Of a stretch of DNA of 64,000 nt, positions 29,606-40,106 are shown in pieces. Every line of letters starts with the position of its first letter. The stretch's first letter is position 1. The stretch comes from a bacterium. Lineage in GTDB: Bacteria; Hinthialibacterota; Hinthialibacteria; Hinthialibacterales; Hinthialibacteraceae. The translations under genes and the position numbers were made by a program. The DNA is taken from contig JBHGBC010000023.1 in the NCBI GenBank assembly GCA_041946805.1, positions 1 through 64,000 on the forward strand. Direction: 5' to 3'. The notes below the pieces were generated by a model. It was given only the letters and a program-made list of their open reading frames with translations, had not been told where the DNA came from and made no database searches.

Positions 29606-29805
29606 GGAATTCACCATTCCTTTCCGAGGGGAGAGGTTATCGGATCCAGGTGATTATGCACGGTGGAATGAGGAGTAGTATCCTTGGATCTGATAATTTG
29701 TCAATGTAGATCAAATTAGTCATCTTAGTGGATTTCGCGTTGCTCAATCCACTCTGCCCTACTCGACTTGTCACGATCATCCCCGCGGGAAAGACCGATA
29801 GACAC

Positions 29806-31224
29806 TCACCCTTCACGCACTTCGATTTGCCCCAACTTATACCGCCGGCGGCCATCGTTTGAATCAAGCGGCAGGGCGATCACCGGGGTCCCATCCCTTT
29901 GGCCCACGGAGAGGAAGACATCGTAGGTACCTGGTTTCATATTCCTGGGAAATTTAGACTTAAGTTCGATCGCTTGAGTTGGAATATTATCCTTGGACCC
30001 CACCGGCAACGACTTCACATCGAAGGATTCACATACTAAAACCGCCACTATGCCGCCCTGGGCGTCCTTCAGGGTGATGGCCGGGAATCCGCCGGGATAG
30101 CAAGGCGCGACGCCCGCATTGGCCCAGGTCATCGTCACCGTAATTGGTTCATTCAAAGTGGCTTGCTTGGGCCAGGAAACCTCGCGCGGTTGGAGCCGGT
30201 AGCCCAGCCGCCGGTTGATTTGTTCGATCAAGGCGGACTGCTCTCTCAGAAATTCGCGGGGCCACCAGTGGATCGAGACGTAGGCGGCGTGGTAATTCTC
30301 GATGGCTTCGAGGTACTTGGAGCCATCGCCCCAGTTGCCTCGGTCGCGAGATGTTCCATAATGCTCGTTTTCCAAAACCACGGGGAATCGGGGCCAGACC
30401 TTCTGCGCGAAATCAGCATGGAAATAATGTTTCGGAGGAGCCTGGACCAGGATGCTGTCATCGCGCAGGGTCATGCCTTGTTCGAAAGCATAGGGAACGG
30501 CCTGTTCGTCATGAAAAGCAAAATCATCATTGATCGCCAGCAAGGTCTTTTTGAAATGAAGGGTGTGGAGATCGATATGTTTCTTGATCACATCAAATGA
30601 ATAATCGATCCGGGTGCTCGCAAAGGTATGGGCTTCCCCCCAGACGCCCATGGACCCGACGTCAATGAAATCCACATTGGGATTGCCGTCATAGCGCCGC
30701 GCCGCCGCGGCCAGAAAATGATCCAACTTCTCGAGGAACACGGGATCGCCGAAATCCGGCTCCCAGTAGCGTCCGTTGTCTTCTTTTCCCTTCCCGGGGG
30801 TGAAGCGGTAGCCCTTCGCGCCCGCCTGTTCGACCCACCGGGGTGTGGCGTACTCCAGCCAGGATTCCGAACAGGAAAAACGGAACGCCACCCGCAGGCC
30901 CTTGTCGATCCAGCGCTGGGCGGGCGTATCGACGATGGACCAGTTGAAAACACCTTCCTCCTCCTCGATGAAGGCCCATGGCAAGCGCAGATAGATGACT
31001 GACAGGCCGGGAAAATCGTCCAAGGTGTCCGAAGGCTCCAGTTTGCTTCCGTAGTTGGTGATGATGTTGCTGTAGTGGTGGAAGGTCCACCCCATGAGCG
31101 GATTGACCAGCGCTTGGCCGTTATCCGGGAGATTCACCGTGATCCGGTCTTCCGCTACCGCCGGCAGGATTGAAATCATGACGATGAAAAGGAAGCCTAC
31201 GATGATGGTTTTTGAGACGCGCAT
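29806..31224 (-). CDS. Exported putative glycoside hydrolase (TIM barrel with DUF4832-like C-terminus)
   Basis: Signal peptide; NPLMGW, YLRLPWAFIE, YDGNP, GVWGEAH, RLGYR, W.N.GVAP.Y. Confidence 0.7.
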   Translation of the reverse strand: MRVSKTIIVGFLFIVMISILPAVAEDRITVNLPDNGQALVNPLMGWTFHHYSNIITNYGSKLEPSDTLDDFPGLSVIYLRLPWAFIEEEEGVFNWSIVDTPAQRWIDKGLRVAFRFSCSESWLEYATPRWVEQAGAKGYRFTPGKGKEDNGRYWEPDFGDPVFLEKLDHFLAAAARRYDGNPNVDFIDVGSMGVWGEAHTFASTRIDYSFDVIKKHIDLHTLHFKKTLLAINDDFAFHDEQAVPYAFEQGMTLRDDSILVQAPPKHYFHADFAQKVWPRFPVVLENEHYGTSRDRGNWGDGSKYLEAIENYHAAYVSIHWWPREFLREQSALIEQINRRLGYRLQPREVSWPKQATLNEPITVTMTWANAGVAPCYPGGFPAITLKDAQGGIVAVLVCESFDVKSLPVGSKDNIPTQAIELKSKFPRNMKPGTYDVFLSVGQRDGTPVIALPLDSNDGRRRYKLGQIEVREG

Positions 31225-31332
31225 TAGTATCATCCTCCAGATGTTCTTCAGAATGGGGCTATGGCCTTTTCAAAGATATCGAGTCCAATGCCCAGTGTTG
31301 GAGATCAGGGGCCGCTATCTTTGGGCACGCTT

Positions 31333-31559
31333 GTCATCTCCGCGCAAGCGGGGATCCAGAAGGCTTTCCCTCACCCTGGCCCTCTCCCAAAGGGAGAGGA
31401 TTTTCCCTTATCAATCCGCTCAATCCACCGATCGCCTTTTCTTCAAATGCGGAATCCAGGTACAGGATAAAACGGAACCACCCTTTGAAACTCGCCGCTG
31501 TATCCGATGGGCTTTCCATTCCTCCTCCCTCTCCCCTTGGGAGAGGGCTGGGGTAAGGG
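31333..31559. repeat. REP cluster: family B (31333-31357) plus inverted family A pair (31368-31399 +, 31527-31559 -)
   Basis: Direct match to the other copies. Confidence 0.8.
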
Positions 31560-31576
31560 AAACTCCTAGATTCGCG

Positions 31577-32191
31577 TCACATCAACTCCAACCGCGGATC
31601 GTTTTCATAGGCGGACCCGATATGGCAGAGATGGTTCAGGGTCTCGGAGAAAAGATCGAACAGGGATTTGAGCTGGTCCCGATTCATGACCGGATCTTCC
31701 AGCAAACAGACCAGCTCATCCACACCCTCGGGAAACGCCTCCCGGAAATAACCCTCGTCATCGCGCACTTCCAGAAAGATCGAGGGCTGCTCTTCGATCC
31801 AATCCCGAATCCAGGCGTTGCTGAAAAGCGCCTTGAGCTTTTCCTCCGAATTCCCCTGAATGACAAAATCCCGGTCGAAGAGCGGATATCCCACCACCAC
31901 GTCCTGCAGCCCGAACATTTTTTCGATGGCCGTGAACAATCCCCGGCGGTAGATCCGGAACCGGAATCCGTCCTTGTTGAGATAGGGCGCCCGCAAGCGC
32001 GTGTACACGATATGATCGTATTGCGAGTCGATCCGGCAGGTATCCAAGGTGACCGTCCATTCGCCGGTTTTGGCGGTGACCTTTCCCCCTTTCCAGGTAT
32101 TCCCTTCCTGAAATTGTCCTCCGATTTCCCGGCTCAGCTGCCGCCACACTTCATCCCGGCTGGGCCCGAAGAGTTTTTTCAACAAGCTCAT
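31577..32191 (-). CDS. Conserved hypothetical protein (possibly DUF3137-like)
   Basis: Intact ORF with AAAGGA RBS; LFGPS..EVWRQL, TRLRAPY, FDRDFVIQGN. Confidence 0.7.
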   Translation of the reverse strand: MSLLKKLFGPSRDEVWRQLSREIGGQFQEGNTWKGGKVTAKTGEWTVTLDTCRIDSQYDHIVYTRLRAPYLNKDGFRFRIYRRGLFTAIEKMFGLQDVVVGYPLFDRDFVIQGNSEEKLKALFSNAWIRDWIEEQPSIFLEVRDDEGYFREAFPEGVDELVCLLEDPVMNRDQLKSLFDLFSETLNHLCHIGSAYENDPRLELM

Positions 32192-32389
32192 GAAACGATC
32201 CTTTCACGCTGGTTTTGAAGCTGGGATTGCTGCTAAAATCGAAATAAAACCATTGTCTGTGGTATAGATAGAAATGTAAACCGGATAATCCCAAAGAGGT
32301 AAGAATCGCCGGATGGTCCATTCCTCCCGATAATTCGTACCCAACTCCTCGCCCCGCACCGTGTGAAATCCTTTTCCCGGATCAAAGCC

Positions 32390-33184
32390 ATGACCACATC
32401 TCCTGGATACCAGGATACATTCATCGCGCAAACTTATGATTCCGTCGTTCCGTACCGGAACCGGCAGGACGTTGGCTTTTTCGTGGAGACCGCCCAAACG
32501 GCCGGCAGTCCGGTGCTGGAGCTGGCCTGCGGGACAGGCCGCGTGCTGCTGCCCATCGCCCGCGCGGGCGTCCAGATCACCGGCCTGGACCTTTCCCCCT
32601 CCATGCTCGCCGTGTGCCGCGGCCGTCTGGCGCTGGAACCGCCGGAGATCCAAGCCAACATTCAACTCGCGGAAGGTGACATGCGGAGTTTTGATTTCCC
32701 GCGGCGCTTCCGGATGATCCTCATTCCATTTCGTTCATTTCAGCATCTTCTGACCGTGGAGGATCAACTCGCATGCCTGCGGTGTTGTCACCGGCATCTC
32801 GAGGAAGGGGGACGGTTGACGCTCGACCTGTTCAATCCCTGCCTGCCCTACTTATACGACAAGCGCTTTCTGTCGGTCCGGGAATCCGAGCCGGAATTCA
32901 CCCTGGATGACGGAACCCGGATTGTCCGCGAAAGCCGCCTTCTGGGCCGCGACCTTTACAATCAGGTGATCGACATGGAATTTCTCTACCACGTCCACTA
33001 TCCGGACGGCCGCGAAGAGTCCAAATCCCACCGCTTTTCCATGCGCTACCTCTTCCGGTATGAAGTGGAACATTTGCTGGAGCGGGCGGGATTCCAAGTC
33101 GAAGCGGTTTATGCCGATTACAAAAAAGCATCCTATGGGTCACAATATCCCGGCGAATTGATCGTCATGGCCCGCAAACGGTGA
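32390..33184 (+). CDS. Class I SAM-dependent methyltransferase
   Basis: VLELACGTGR, GLDLSPSML, GDMRSF. Confidence 0.9.
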   Translation: MTTSPGYQDTFIAQTYDSVVPYRNRQDVGFFVETAQTAGSPVLELACGTGRVLLPIARAGVQITGLDLSPSMLAVCRGRLALEPPEIQANIQLAEGDMRSFDFPRRFRMILIPFRSFQHLLTVEDQLACLRCCHRHLEEGGRLTLDLFNPCLPYLYDKRFLSVRESEPEFTLDDGTRIVRESRLLGRDLYNQVIDMEFLYHVHYPDGREESKSHRFSMRYLFRYEVEHLLERAGFQVEAVYADYKKASYGSQYPGELIVMARKR

Positions 33185-33210
33185 AAAGGATATTGTTTAC
33201 TGAGAAACAC

Positions 33211-33274
33211 GGGTGGACATCGAGATCCGCCCATACTCAATCCCTCACCCTGGCCCTCTTCGGGGGGGAGAGGG
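33211..33274. repeat. Family D REP (33211-33236, -) adjacent to family A REP (33242-33274, +)
   Basis: Match to 5227-5252 and 22-54. Confidence 0.75.
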
Positions 33275-33502
33275 GATTAGGGAATTGATCTCTCCGGCCA
33301 GATCGGTTCAAAAGCGGCCGGCCATGCTGGATAAAAAGTGCACACTTACCGGATGAACCTTGATTTTCTTCATCATCTGTATTTATGGGTAAAGATCAGC
33401 CAGAGAGGGAGAGGGGATAAACGGCCGATTTTACAATGTCATAATCCTTAATAGGATGATATTGGGATAAGCGCGTCTTTGTCTATAAGGTGTACGTGTT
33501 CC

Positions 33503-35467
33503 ATGATCAGCATTACTAACGGTGAATTGTTATTAGGGGGCAAACCCATCTTTTCCAACCTCTCCTGGCGGATCGACCGGGGGAAACGGACCGGCCTGGT
33601 GGGTCCCAACGGGGCGGGTAAAACCTCCCTGCTCCGGGTTTTGGCGGGTGAATACGCTCTCGAAAAAGGAAATGTGGAAAAATCCCGCAACCTGACAGTC
33701 GGGTATTTACCCCAGGATTCCACCGAACTGCCCCGCCAGCGGGTGGGCGAGATCCTCTGGCAAGCCTTCGCGCCGTTAAACGCCATGGAACAGGAGATGA
33801 ACCAATTGCTCCACGTCATTCAGTCCACCGAAGACGGTTCCCCCGCCCACGACAGGGCCCTCCACCGGTACGCGGAACTTCAGGAAAGATTCCACCAGCG
33901 CGGCGGCTACCAGCGCGAATCCGAGGCCAAGAAGATCATGCTCGGCCTGGGATTCCAGCATGAGGATTGGGACCGCCCCGCCGCCGAGTTCAGCGGGGGT
34001 TGGCGCATGCGCATCCTCCTCGCCCGCCTGTTGCTGGAAAAATCCGACATCCTGCTGCTCGATGAGCCGACCAACCACCTCGATCCCGAATCGCTGGCTT
34101 GGTTCGAACAATATTTGTTGGGAACCGAATCCGGCCTGATCATCGTCAGCCACGATCGTTACTTCCTGGACCGAATCGTGACCCAGATCGCCGAAATCGA
34201 ACACGGCCGCTTCCGCTTGTATCCCGGTAACTATTCGCAATACCGGATACAGAAACAAGCGCTACGCGAACAACTTTTGGCTCAAAAACAACATCAGGAC
34301 CGGGAAATCGCCCACCTGGAGCGCTTCATCGAACGCTTCAAGGCCAAAAACACCAAGGCGTCGCAGGCTCAATCCCGGGTCAAACGATTGGAAAAAATCG
34401 AACGCATCGAGATCGAAACCGATGCCAAGACCGTGGTGATTCCAATGCCGCCCACGCCCCGCAGCGGCAAGGAAGTGCTGATGCTCGACCGGCTCGGCCA
34501 TTGTTACGGCGAAGTCCGCGCGTTGCATCCTTTCTCCGCCGTCATCCACCGTGAGGGCCGCGTGGCCGTGTGGGGGCCCAACGGCGCGGGCAAAACCACC
34601 CTGCTCTCGCTCCTGGCCAAGATCATGGAACCCACGGAAGGAAGCGTGCAGTGGGGATACAACACCCATATCGCCTATTTTTCGCAGCACCACGCGGAGT
34701 TGCAGGAATCGCAGCAGAGCGTCCTCGAGGAGTTGTCCGACGCGGCCCCCCCCGAGATGCAAACCCGCCTGCGGGATGTCCTCGCCGCGTTTCTCTTTCA
34801 AGGGGATGATGTGTTCAAACCGGTCTCCGTCCTTAGCGGTGGCGAAAAAAGCCGGCTGGCCCTCGCCAAACTGCTGGTGCGGCCGGTCAACGTGCTCATC
34901 ATGGACGAACCGCTCAACCACCTCGATATCGCCACCGTGGAAACCTTGGAGGAAACCCTGAAGACGTTCGCGGGGACCATTGTCTTCGTCTCCCACGACC
35001 GCTTTTTCGCCGACCGCCTGGCAACCCAGATCTGGGAGATGCAGGCGGGGCGCGTCACGATCTTTCAGGGCAATTTTCAGGATTACGATTACGCCAAACG
35101 CCTGCTGGACTTCCCCGCCCCGGACGCAGCCCGGCCGGCCGCCAAGAGAGGAGCCGATACATCCTCTTCCACCCGCGAACAGCGCAAGGAGCAGCGGCGC
35201 CGCGAAGCCGAAGCCCGTAACCATCAGAACGCCCAGCGCCGCAAACAAGAAAAACAATGCGCGGCCCTCGAGGAAAAAATCCACGAAATCGAAGCCGAAA
35301 TCCAGACGCTCGAGACACAACTCGCGTCCGGTGAGTTTGTCCGCGACGAAAACAAAATGGCCGAGCTGAGCCGCCGGTACAAGCAGGCGCTCAAAATCCG
35401 CGACCGCCTTTACGCCGAGTGGGAAGAATTGGTGGACGCCTTGGAATGCGGAGTTTCGGGGGGATGA
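33503..35467 (+). CDS. ABC-F family ATPase (Uup/YheS-like)
   Basis: Two NBDs (GPNGAGKT, FSGGWRMR, LDEPTNHLD; LSGGEKSR), no TM helices, coiled-coil C-terminal domain. Confidence 0.93.
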   Translation: MISITNGELLLGGKPIFSNLSWRIDRGKRTGLVGPNGAGKTSLLRVLAGEYALEKGNVEKSRNLTVGYLPQDSTELPRQRVGEILWQAFAPLNAMEQEMNQLLHVIQSTEDGSPAHDRALHRYAELQERFHQRGGYQRESEAKKIMLGLGFQHEDWDRPAAEFSGGWRMRILLARLLLEKSDILLLDEPTNHLDPESLAWFEQYLLGTESGLIIVSHDRYFLDRIVTQIAEIEHGRFRLYPGNYSQYRIQKQALREQLLAQKQHQDREIAHLERFIERFKAKNTKASQAQSRVKRLEKIERIEIETDAKTVVIPMPPTPRSGKEVLMLDRLGHCYGEVRALHPFSAVIHREGRVAVWGPNGAGKTTLLSLLAKIMEPTEGSVQWGYNTHIAYFSQHHAELQESQQSVLEELSDAAPPEMQTRLRDVLAAFLFQGDDVFKPVSVLSGGEKSRLALAKLLVRPVNVLIMDEPLNHLDIATVETLEETLKTFAGTIVFVSHDRFFADRLATQIWEMQAGRVTIFQGNFQDYDYAKRLLDFPAPDAARPAAKRGADTSSSTREQRKEQRRREAEARNHQNAQRRKQEKQCAALEEKIHEIEAEIQTLETQLASGEFVRDENKMAELSRRYKQALKIRDRLYAEWEELVDALECGVSGG

Positions 35468-36822
35468 TTCACCGGGGCGGAATGATGCTCCAGGATTCCA
35501 GCCAGGGTGTGGACGAACAAATCCATATCCTGGGGGCGCGTGGCCTCGGTGGCGCACACCAGCACGCCTTCCCGGCCGTGTCCATCCGCGGGAGCAACCC
35601 GGACGCCCGGCAGCAGGCCGGCGGCCTGGCATGATTCGATGACGGAATCTACCGGGAGCGGCAGTTCCAGCAGGAACTCATTGAAGAAGGGCCGGTCGAA
35701 CGCCAGCTTCACTCCCCCCAATCCACACAACCGTTCTTGAAGGATGTGCGCGTTGCGGACGCTGTGTTCCGCCGCGCGCCGCAATCCCTGGGGCCCCAGC
35801 AGAGCCAGGTAGACCGTGGCCGCCAGGGCGCACAACGCCTGGTTGGTGCAGATGTTCGAGGTGGCCTTGGACCGCCGGATGTGCTGCTCCCGGGTTTGCA
35901 GGGTCAGGACATATCCCACGCGGCCGTCCACGTCCCGGGTGCGGCCGGCCAGGCGTCCCGGCAGCTGGCGGATGTATTGTTGCTTGCAGGCGATAAAGCC
36001 CGCGTAGGGCCCGCCGAATTGCGGCGGGATGCCAAAGGGTTGCAAATCGCCCGTGACCAGGTCCGCTCCGCAAGTCCCGGGGGATTTCAACAAACCCAGG
36101 GAATGAACATAGACCGACACTCCCAGCAGACACCCCGCTTCGCGGGCGGCCGCATGGATGCCGTCCATCGGTTCGAGGATGCCGAAATAATTCGGCTGCT
36201 GGACGAAAACCGCGGCAAAGGAATCATCCAGTTCCTTCCGCAGCGTGTCTGGATCAGTGCCTCCCGCGGCGGCCGGGATCTCGCGTAACTCAATGCCCGG
36301 CGCTTTCAGGTAGGTGGTCAAGACCTGGCGGTAGCGGGGATTCACCGCCCGGGACACCGCAACTCGGTGCTTGCCGGTGACACGGCAGGCCATCAACGCC
36401 GCTTCGGCCAGGGCGGAGGCGCCGTCATACATCGAGGCGTTGGCCGCTTCCATGCCGGTCAGCCGGCACATGTAGGTTTGAAACTCATAGATCGCCTGCA
36501 AGGTGCCCTGGCTGACCTCAGCTTGGTACGGCGTGTAGGCGGTGGCGAAATCGCCCCGCGCAATCAAGGCCGGAACCGCCTGGGGGATGAAATGCCGGTA
36601 CGCTCCCCCACCCTGGAATGAAACCATCCCCGCGGCTGGATTTTCATCCGCCGCGGACTGCATATGTTCCGCCAGTTCCATCTCGGTCAGCGGTTCAGGG
36701 AAATCAATGACGGGATTCTTGAGCGAATCGGGGATACAACGAAACAGTTCCTCCTCTTGGTTCAATCCCAGGGTTTCCAACATGGCCTGAAATTCACCGG
36801 GGGTATGGGGAATGTAATTCAT
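35410..36822 (-). CDS. gcvPA: Glycine dehydrogenase (decarboxylating) subunit 1
   Basis: TAYTPYQAEVSQGTLQ, NASMYDG, TREQHIRRSKATSNICTNQ. Confidence 0.95.
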   Translation of the reverse strand: MNYIPHTPGEFQAMLETLGLNQEEELFRCIPDSLKNPVIDFPEPLTEMELAEHMQSAADENPAAGMVSFQGGGAYRHFIPQAVPALIARGDFATAYTPYQAEVSQGTLQAIYEFQTYMCRLTGMEAANASMYDGASALAEAALMACRVTGKHRVAVSRAVNPRYRQVLTTYLKAPGIELREIPAAAGGTDPDTLRKELDDSFAAVFVQQPNYFGILEPMDGIHAAAREAGCLLGVSVYVHSLGLLKSPGTCGADLVTGDLQPFGIPPQFGGPYAGFIACKQQYIRQLPGRLAGRTRDVDGRVGYVLTLQTREQHIRRSKATSNICTNQALCALAATVYLALLGPQGLRRAAEHSVRNAHILQERLCGLGGVKLAFDRPFFNEFLLELPLPVDSVIESCQAAGLLPGVRVAPADGHGREGVLVCATEATRPQDMDLFVHTLAGILEHHSAPVNHPPETPHSKASTNSSHSA

Positions 36823-36861
36823 GAAACGCTCCTGATCGAGTGAGGCCGGAAGCGGCCCGCC

Positions 36862-37245
36862 TTACCCTTCCTGTTCGAGATGCAAACGATACTCCTCCGC
36901 GGAGAGCAACTCATGCAGTTCCGAGAGGTCCGACAGGCCGATTTTGAGGATCCAGCCTTTACCGTATGGATCCTGGTTGATGTATTCCGGATGATCCTGA
37001 AGATCGTCATTGACCGCGGTCACCTGGCCGGATACGGGGGCATAGAGGTCGGCCGCGGTTTTACACGATTCGATCACCGCGCATTCCCCCCCCCGGGACA
37101 ACTCCTTGCCCAGGTCAGGCAATTCGACGAACACGATATCCGACAATTGTTCCTGCGCGTGCTGGGTGATCCCAATCACCCCCACCTTGCCTTCCACCCG
37201 AATCCATTCATGCGTTTCCGTGTACCTCAAGTCATTTGGAATCAT
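36862..37245 (-). CDS. gcvH: Glycine cleavage system H protein
   Basis: YTETHEW, GITQHAQ, IESCK (lipoyl Lys), PYGKGW. Confidence 0.95.
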   Translation of the reverse strand: MIPNDLRYTETHEWIRVEGKVGVIGITQHAQEQLSDIVFVELPDLGKELSRGGECAVIESCKTAADLYAPVSGQVTAVNDDLQDHPEYINQDPYGKGWILKIGLSDLSELHELLSAEEYRLHLEQEG

Positions 37246-37406
37246 CGATCACCCTTCTTTTTTCACCCAAGATTATGAAAGAATCACCGAATCCCGGGAT
37301 TCTCTCGTAAGTATCAGCTGAATACGATCCCCAACCAAGGAAAACGCGCGGGAGTGTCTCTCTTCACACCGGGGATTGAAATGTTTGATTGGTAAATTTC
37401 CTTCAT

Positions 37407-38474
37407 TCAACCCTTCACCCGTTTGGCGACAAAGGGCGGTTTCACCACCTGGACCGGAATTTTTTTGCCCCGGATTTCCACGGCCAGCGCATCCCCCACT
37501 GGGCGGTCATGCCGCGCCAGTCCCAGGCCGATACCCAACCCCAAGATCGGTGAGAATCCGCCACTGGTAGTTTCACCTATCGGTTCATCCCCATTGAAAA
37601 GCACGCATCCCTGCCGGGGAATTCCTTTATCGGTCAGTTGATATCCGATCCGATGCCGGGCCGGACCGGCTGCCTTTTGCCGAAGGAGTGCATCCTTGCC
37701 GATAAAATCCTTGTCCCAGGCGATCACCCGCTCGAGACCGGCTTCAAGGGGTGTGATCTCCTCGGTGAGCTCATGGCCGTATAGGGAATACCCCATTTCC
37801 AACCGCAGGCTGTCCCGCGCCCCCAATCCCGCCGGCTTCACGCCCATCTCCCGGGCTTGCCGCCACAACTCCACAATCCGGGCCGAGGAAGCGATGATCT
37901 CGAATCCGTCTTCCCCCGTGTACCCCGTCCGGGAGACCACACCGCCTCCCGCGAGTTCCAGGGCATGATAATATTTCATCGCTTTGAAATCGGCATCCAA
38001 CAGACGATTGGTAATCGCCAGCGATTCCGGCCCTTGCACGGCCATCATGCCGGTGGCCAGGGTCCGGTCTTCCAGCGACACGGAATCCTCCAACCGCTCC
38101 CGGAACCAGGGAAACAGTTTCTCCCGGTTGGAGGCGTTCACCACCAGCAGGAACGCGCCGGGACGCAGGGAGGTGACCAAAATATCATCCTTGATCCCGC
38201 CTTCCGGATTCAGCACCATTGTGTAGCGCACCCGGCCGGGCGCCAGGTCCGCCACCCGGGAGGGAATCAACCGTTCCAAGGTCCGGGCCGCGTGTCTTCC
38301 GCTCAACCAAAAGCGGCCCATGTGGCTGACATCGAACAATCCCGCCTTTTCACGGACTTGTTTGTGTTCCGCCGTGATCGATTCATATTGAATCGGCATG
38401 TCCCAGCCGGCAAAATCGACCAAACGCGCGCCGTCGTTCCGGTGCATTTCATACAACGGTGTTTTCAGGCTCAT
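37407..38474 (-). CDS. gcvT: Glycine cleavage system aminomethyltransferase T
   Basis: FAGWDMPIQY, FDVSHMG, RTGYTGEDGFE, GARDSLRLE. Confidence 0.95.
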   Translation of the reverse strand: MSLKTPLYEMHRNDGARLVDFAGWDMPIQYESITAEHKQVREKAGLFDVSHMGRFWLSGRHAARTLERLIPSRVADLAPGRVRYTMVLNPEGGIKDDILVTSLRPGAFLLVVNASNREKLFPWFRERLEDSVSLEDRTLATGMMAVQGPESLAITNRLLDADFKAMKYYHALELAGGGVVSRTGYTGEDGFEIIASSARIVELWRQAREMGVKPAGLGARDSLRLEMGYSLYGHELTEEITPLEAGLERVIAWDKDFIGKDALLRQKAAGPARHRIGYQLTDKGIPRQGCVLFNGDEPIGETTSGGFSPILGLGIGLGLARHDRPVGDALAVEIRGKKIPVQVVKPPFVAKRVKG

Positions 38475-38780
38475 GGAATTTCTCGATTCGGCTACCAGGA
38501 TTTGAAACGTGCAGAGTTTATCATGGATTTCCGATCGATAAACCACGGCGGGGAAAATAGAATTCCCTCTATTCCACGAAGAAGAGGGCGGTCAGAGAAC
38601 ACGGGTTTCAACGCCTCCACGCCCGGCAGCCGTTGCGAAAACCCTCTTTTTTCATTATAAATGGTGCGATGTCGGGAATCAGCGCGCCGGTGGCAGATTC
38701 CAGCCGGCCGGCAAGGATCGTTCCATGGGAATCCCAACGCGGGATGCAAGGATCTTCATAACTCGGAATGGAGAAACAGA

Positions 38781-40004
38781 ATGAACCAGGAAACACACTC
38801 TCAAGTCAACCGGCGTGCGTTCGTCAAAACGGCCATGGCGGGCGCGGGCCTGACGCTCGTCAAGGCCGAATCGGTGTTCGGCGCCCCCGCCAATTCCGCC
38901 CTGACTCTGGGCCTCATCGGCTGCGGCGGCCGCGGGACCCATGATTCCGGCCAGTTCGTCCGGATCACCAACACCCAGGTCGTAGCACTCGCCGATCCCT
39001 TCAAGGACCGGCTGGAACGCGCCAAGGAAGCCCTGGACAAGCGGTTGTCGGAACAAAACCGCCCCCAGATCGAAACATCCCGCCTATACCAGGGCATGGA
39101 CGCCTACAAAGACCTCCTGGCTTCCGATGTCGATATGGTGATCATCACCAGCCCACCGTACTACCATCCGCTCCATCTCGAGGCGGCGGTGGAGGCCGGA
39201 AAGCATATCTATATGGAGAAGCCGGTCGCGACCGACGTCGTGGGCGCCAAGAAGGTGATGGAAGTCGGCAAAAAAGCCCAAGGCAAGGTCAGCCTGTCCG
39301 TCGGATTCCAGATCCGCTTCAGCGAGGGCTATGGGGCCATCGTCAAGCGGGTGCACGAAGGCGCGATCGGCGAGATCGTCAGCGGGCAGGTGTACTACCA
39401 CGCCGGACGGCTGGACAACCGCGCCCGGGCGGGAGCGTCCGAGGGCGAAAACCGGATCCGCAACTGGGTGTTCGACATCCAACTGTCCGGCGACATCATC
39501 GTCGAGCAGAACATCCACGTCATCGACGTCGCCAACTGGTATCTCCAGAGCCACCCGGTCAAGGCCTACTTGACCGGCGGACGCAAGGCCCGGACCGATG
39601 TGGGCGATTGCTGGGACCATTTCGTGGGAATCTATTGGTATCCGAACGGGACCCAGGTGGATTTCAGCTCCAGCCAGTTCCTGAAGGGTTGGGGCGACTG
39701 CCGGGACCGCTTCTTCGGGACCAAGGGCGTCGCCGACACGGCGTACGAAGGCCATCCGAAAATCACCGGAGACAACGCCTTCGAGCATCCCACGGATGAC
39801 CCCCTGGGCGACACCGAGCCGAACAAGATCAACTATTTCTATAACAGCGTGCAAAACGGGAAATTCATCAACGAGGCCCAGCAGGGGGCGGAAAGCACGC
39901 TCTCCTCGATCATGGGACGCATGGCCGCGTACGAAGAACGCGTGGTGACTTGGGATGAAATGATGGCCTCGGATCAGAAGTTCGACGTGAAAATCGAATT
40001 GTAA
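38781..40004 (+). CDS. Tat-exported Gfo/Idh/MocA oxidoreductase
   Basis: NRRAFVK Tat motif; GLIGCGGRG; EKP; EQNIHVID. Confidence 0.9.
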   Translation: MNQETHSQVNRRAFVKTAMAGAGLTLVKAESVFGAPANSALTLGLIGCGGRGTHDSGQFVRITNTQVVALADPFKDRLERAKEALDKRLSEQNRPQIETSRLYQGMDAYKDLLASDVDMVIITSPPYYHPLHLEAAVEAGKHIYMEKPVATDVVGAKKVMEVGKKAQGKVSLSVGFQIRFSEGYGAIVKRVHEGAIGEIVSGQVYYHAGRLDNRARAGASEGENRIRNWVFDIQLSGDIIVEQNIHVIDVANWYLQSHPVKAYLTGGRKARTDVGDCWDHFVGIYWYPNGTQVDFSSSQFLKGWGDCRDRFFGTKGVADTAYEGHPKITGDNAFEHPTDDPLGDTEPNKINYFYNSVQNGKFINEAQQGAESTLSSIMGRMAAYEERVVTWDEMMASDQKFDVKIEL

Positions 40005-40106
40005 GATCGTTTTCGAACAGGCCGCTCCCACAAACACAGCCGTAATCGAGGGAAAAATAACGTGGCGCGGAGAGACCCCACTCCGCGCCATAGTTGTTTC
40101 TATCCC

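Noticed and set aside
37246..38780. Glycine riboswitch near gcvT/gcvH
   Set aside because: Only a GAAGAGAGAC fragment lies between gcvT and gcvH; the CCGAAG and CTCTCAGG core elements were not found.
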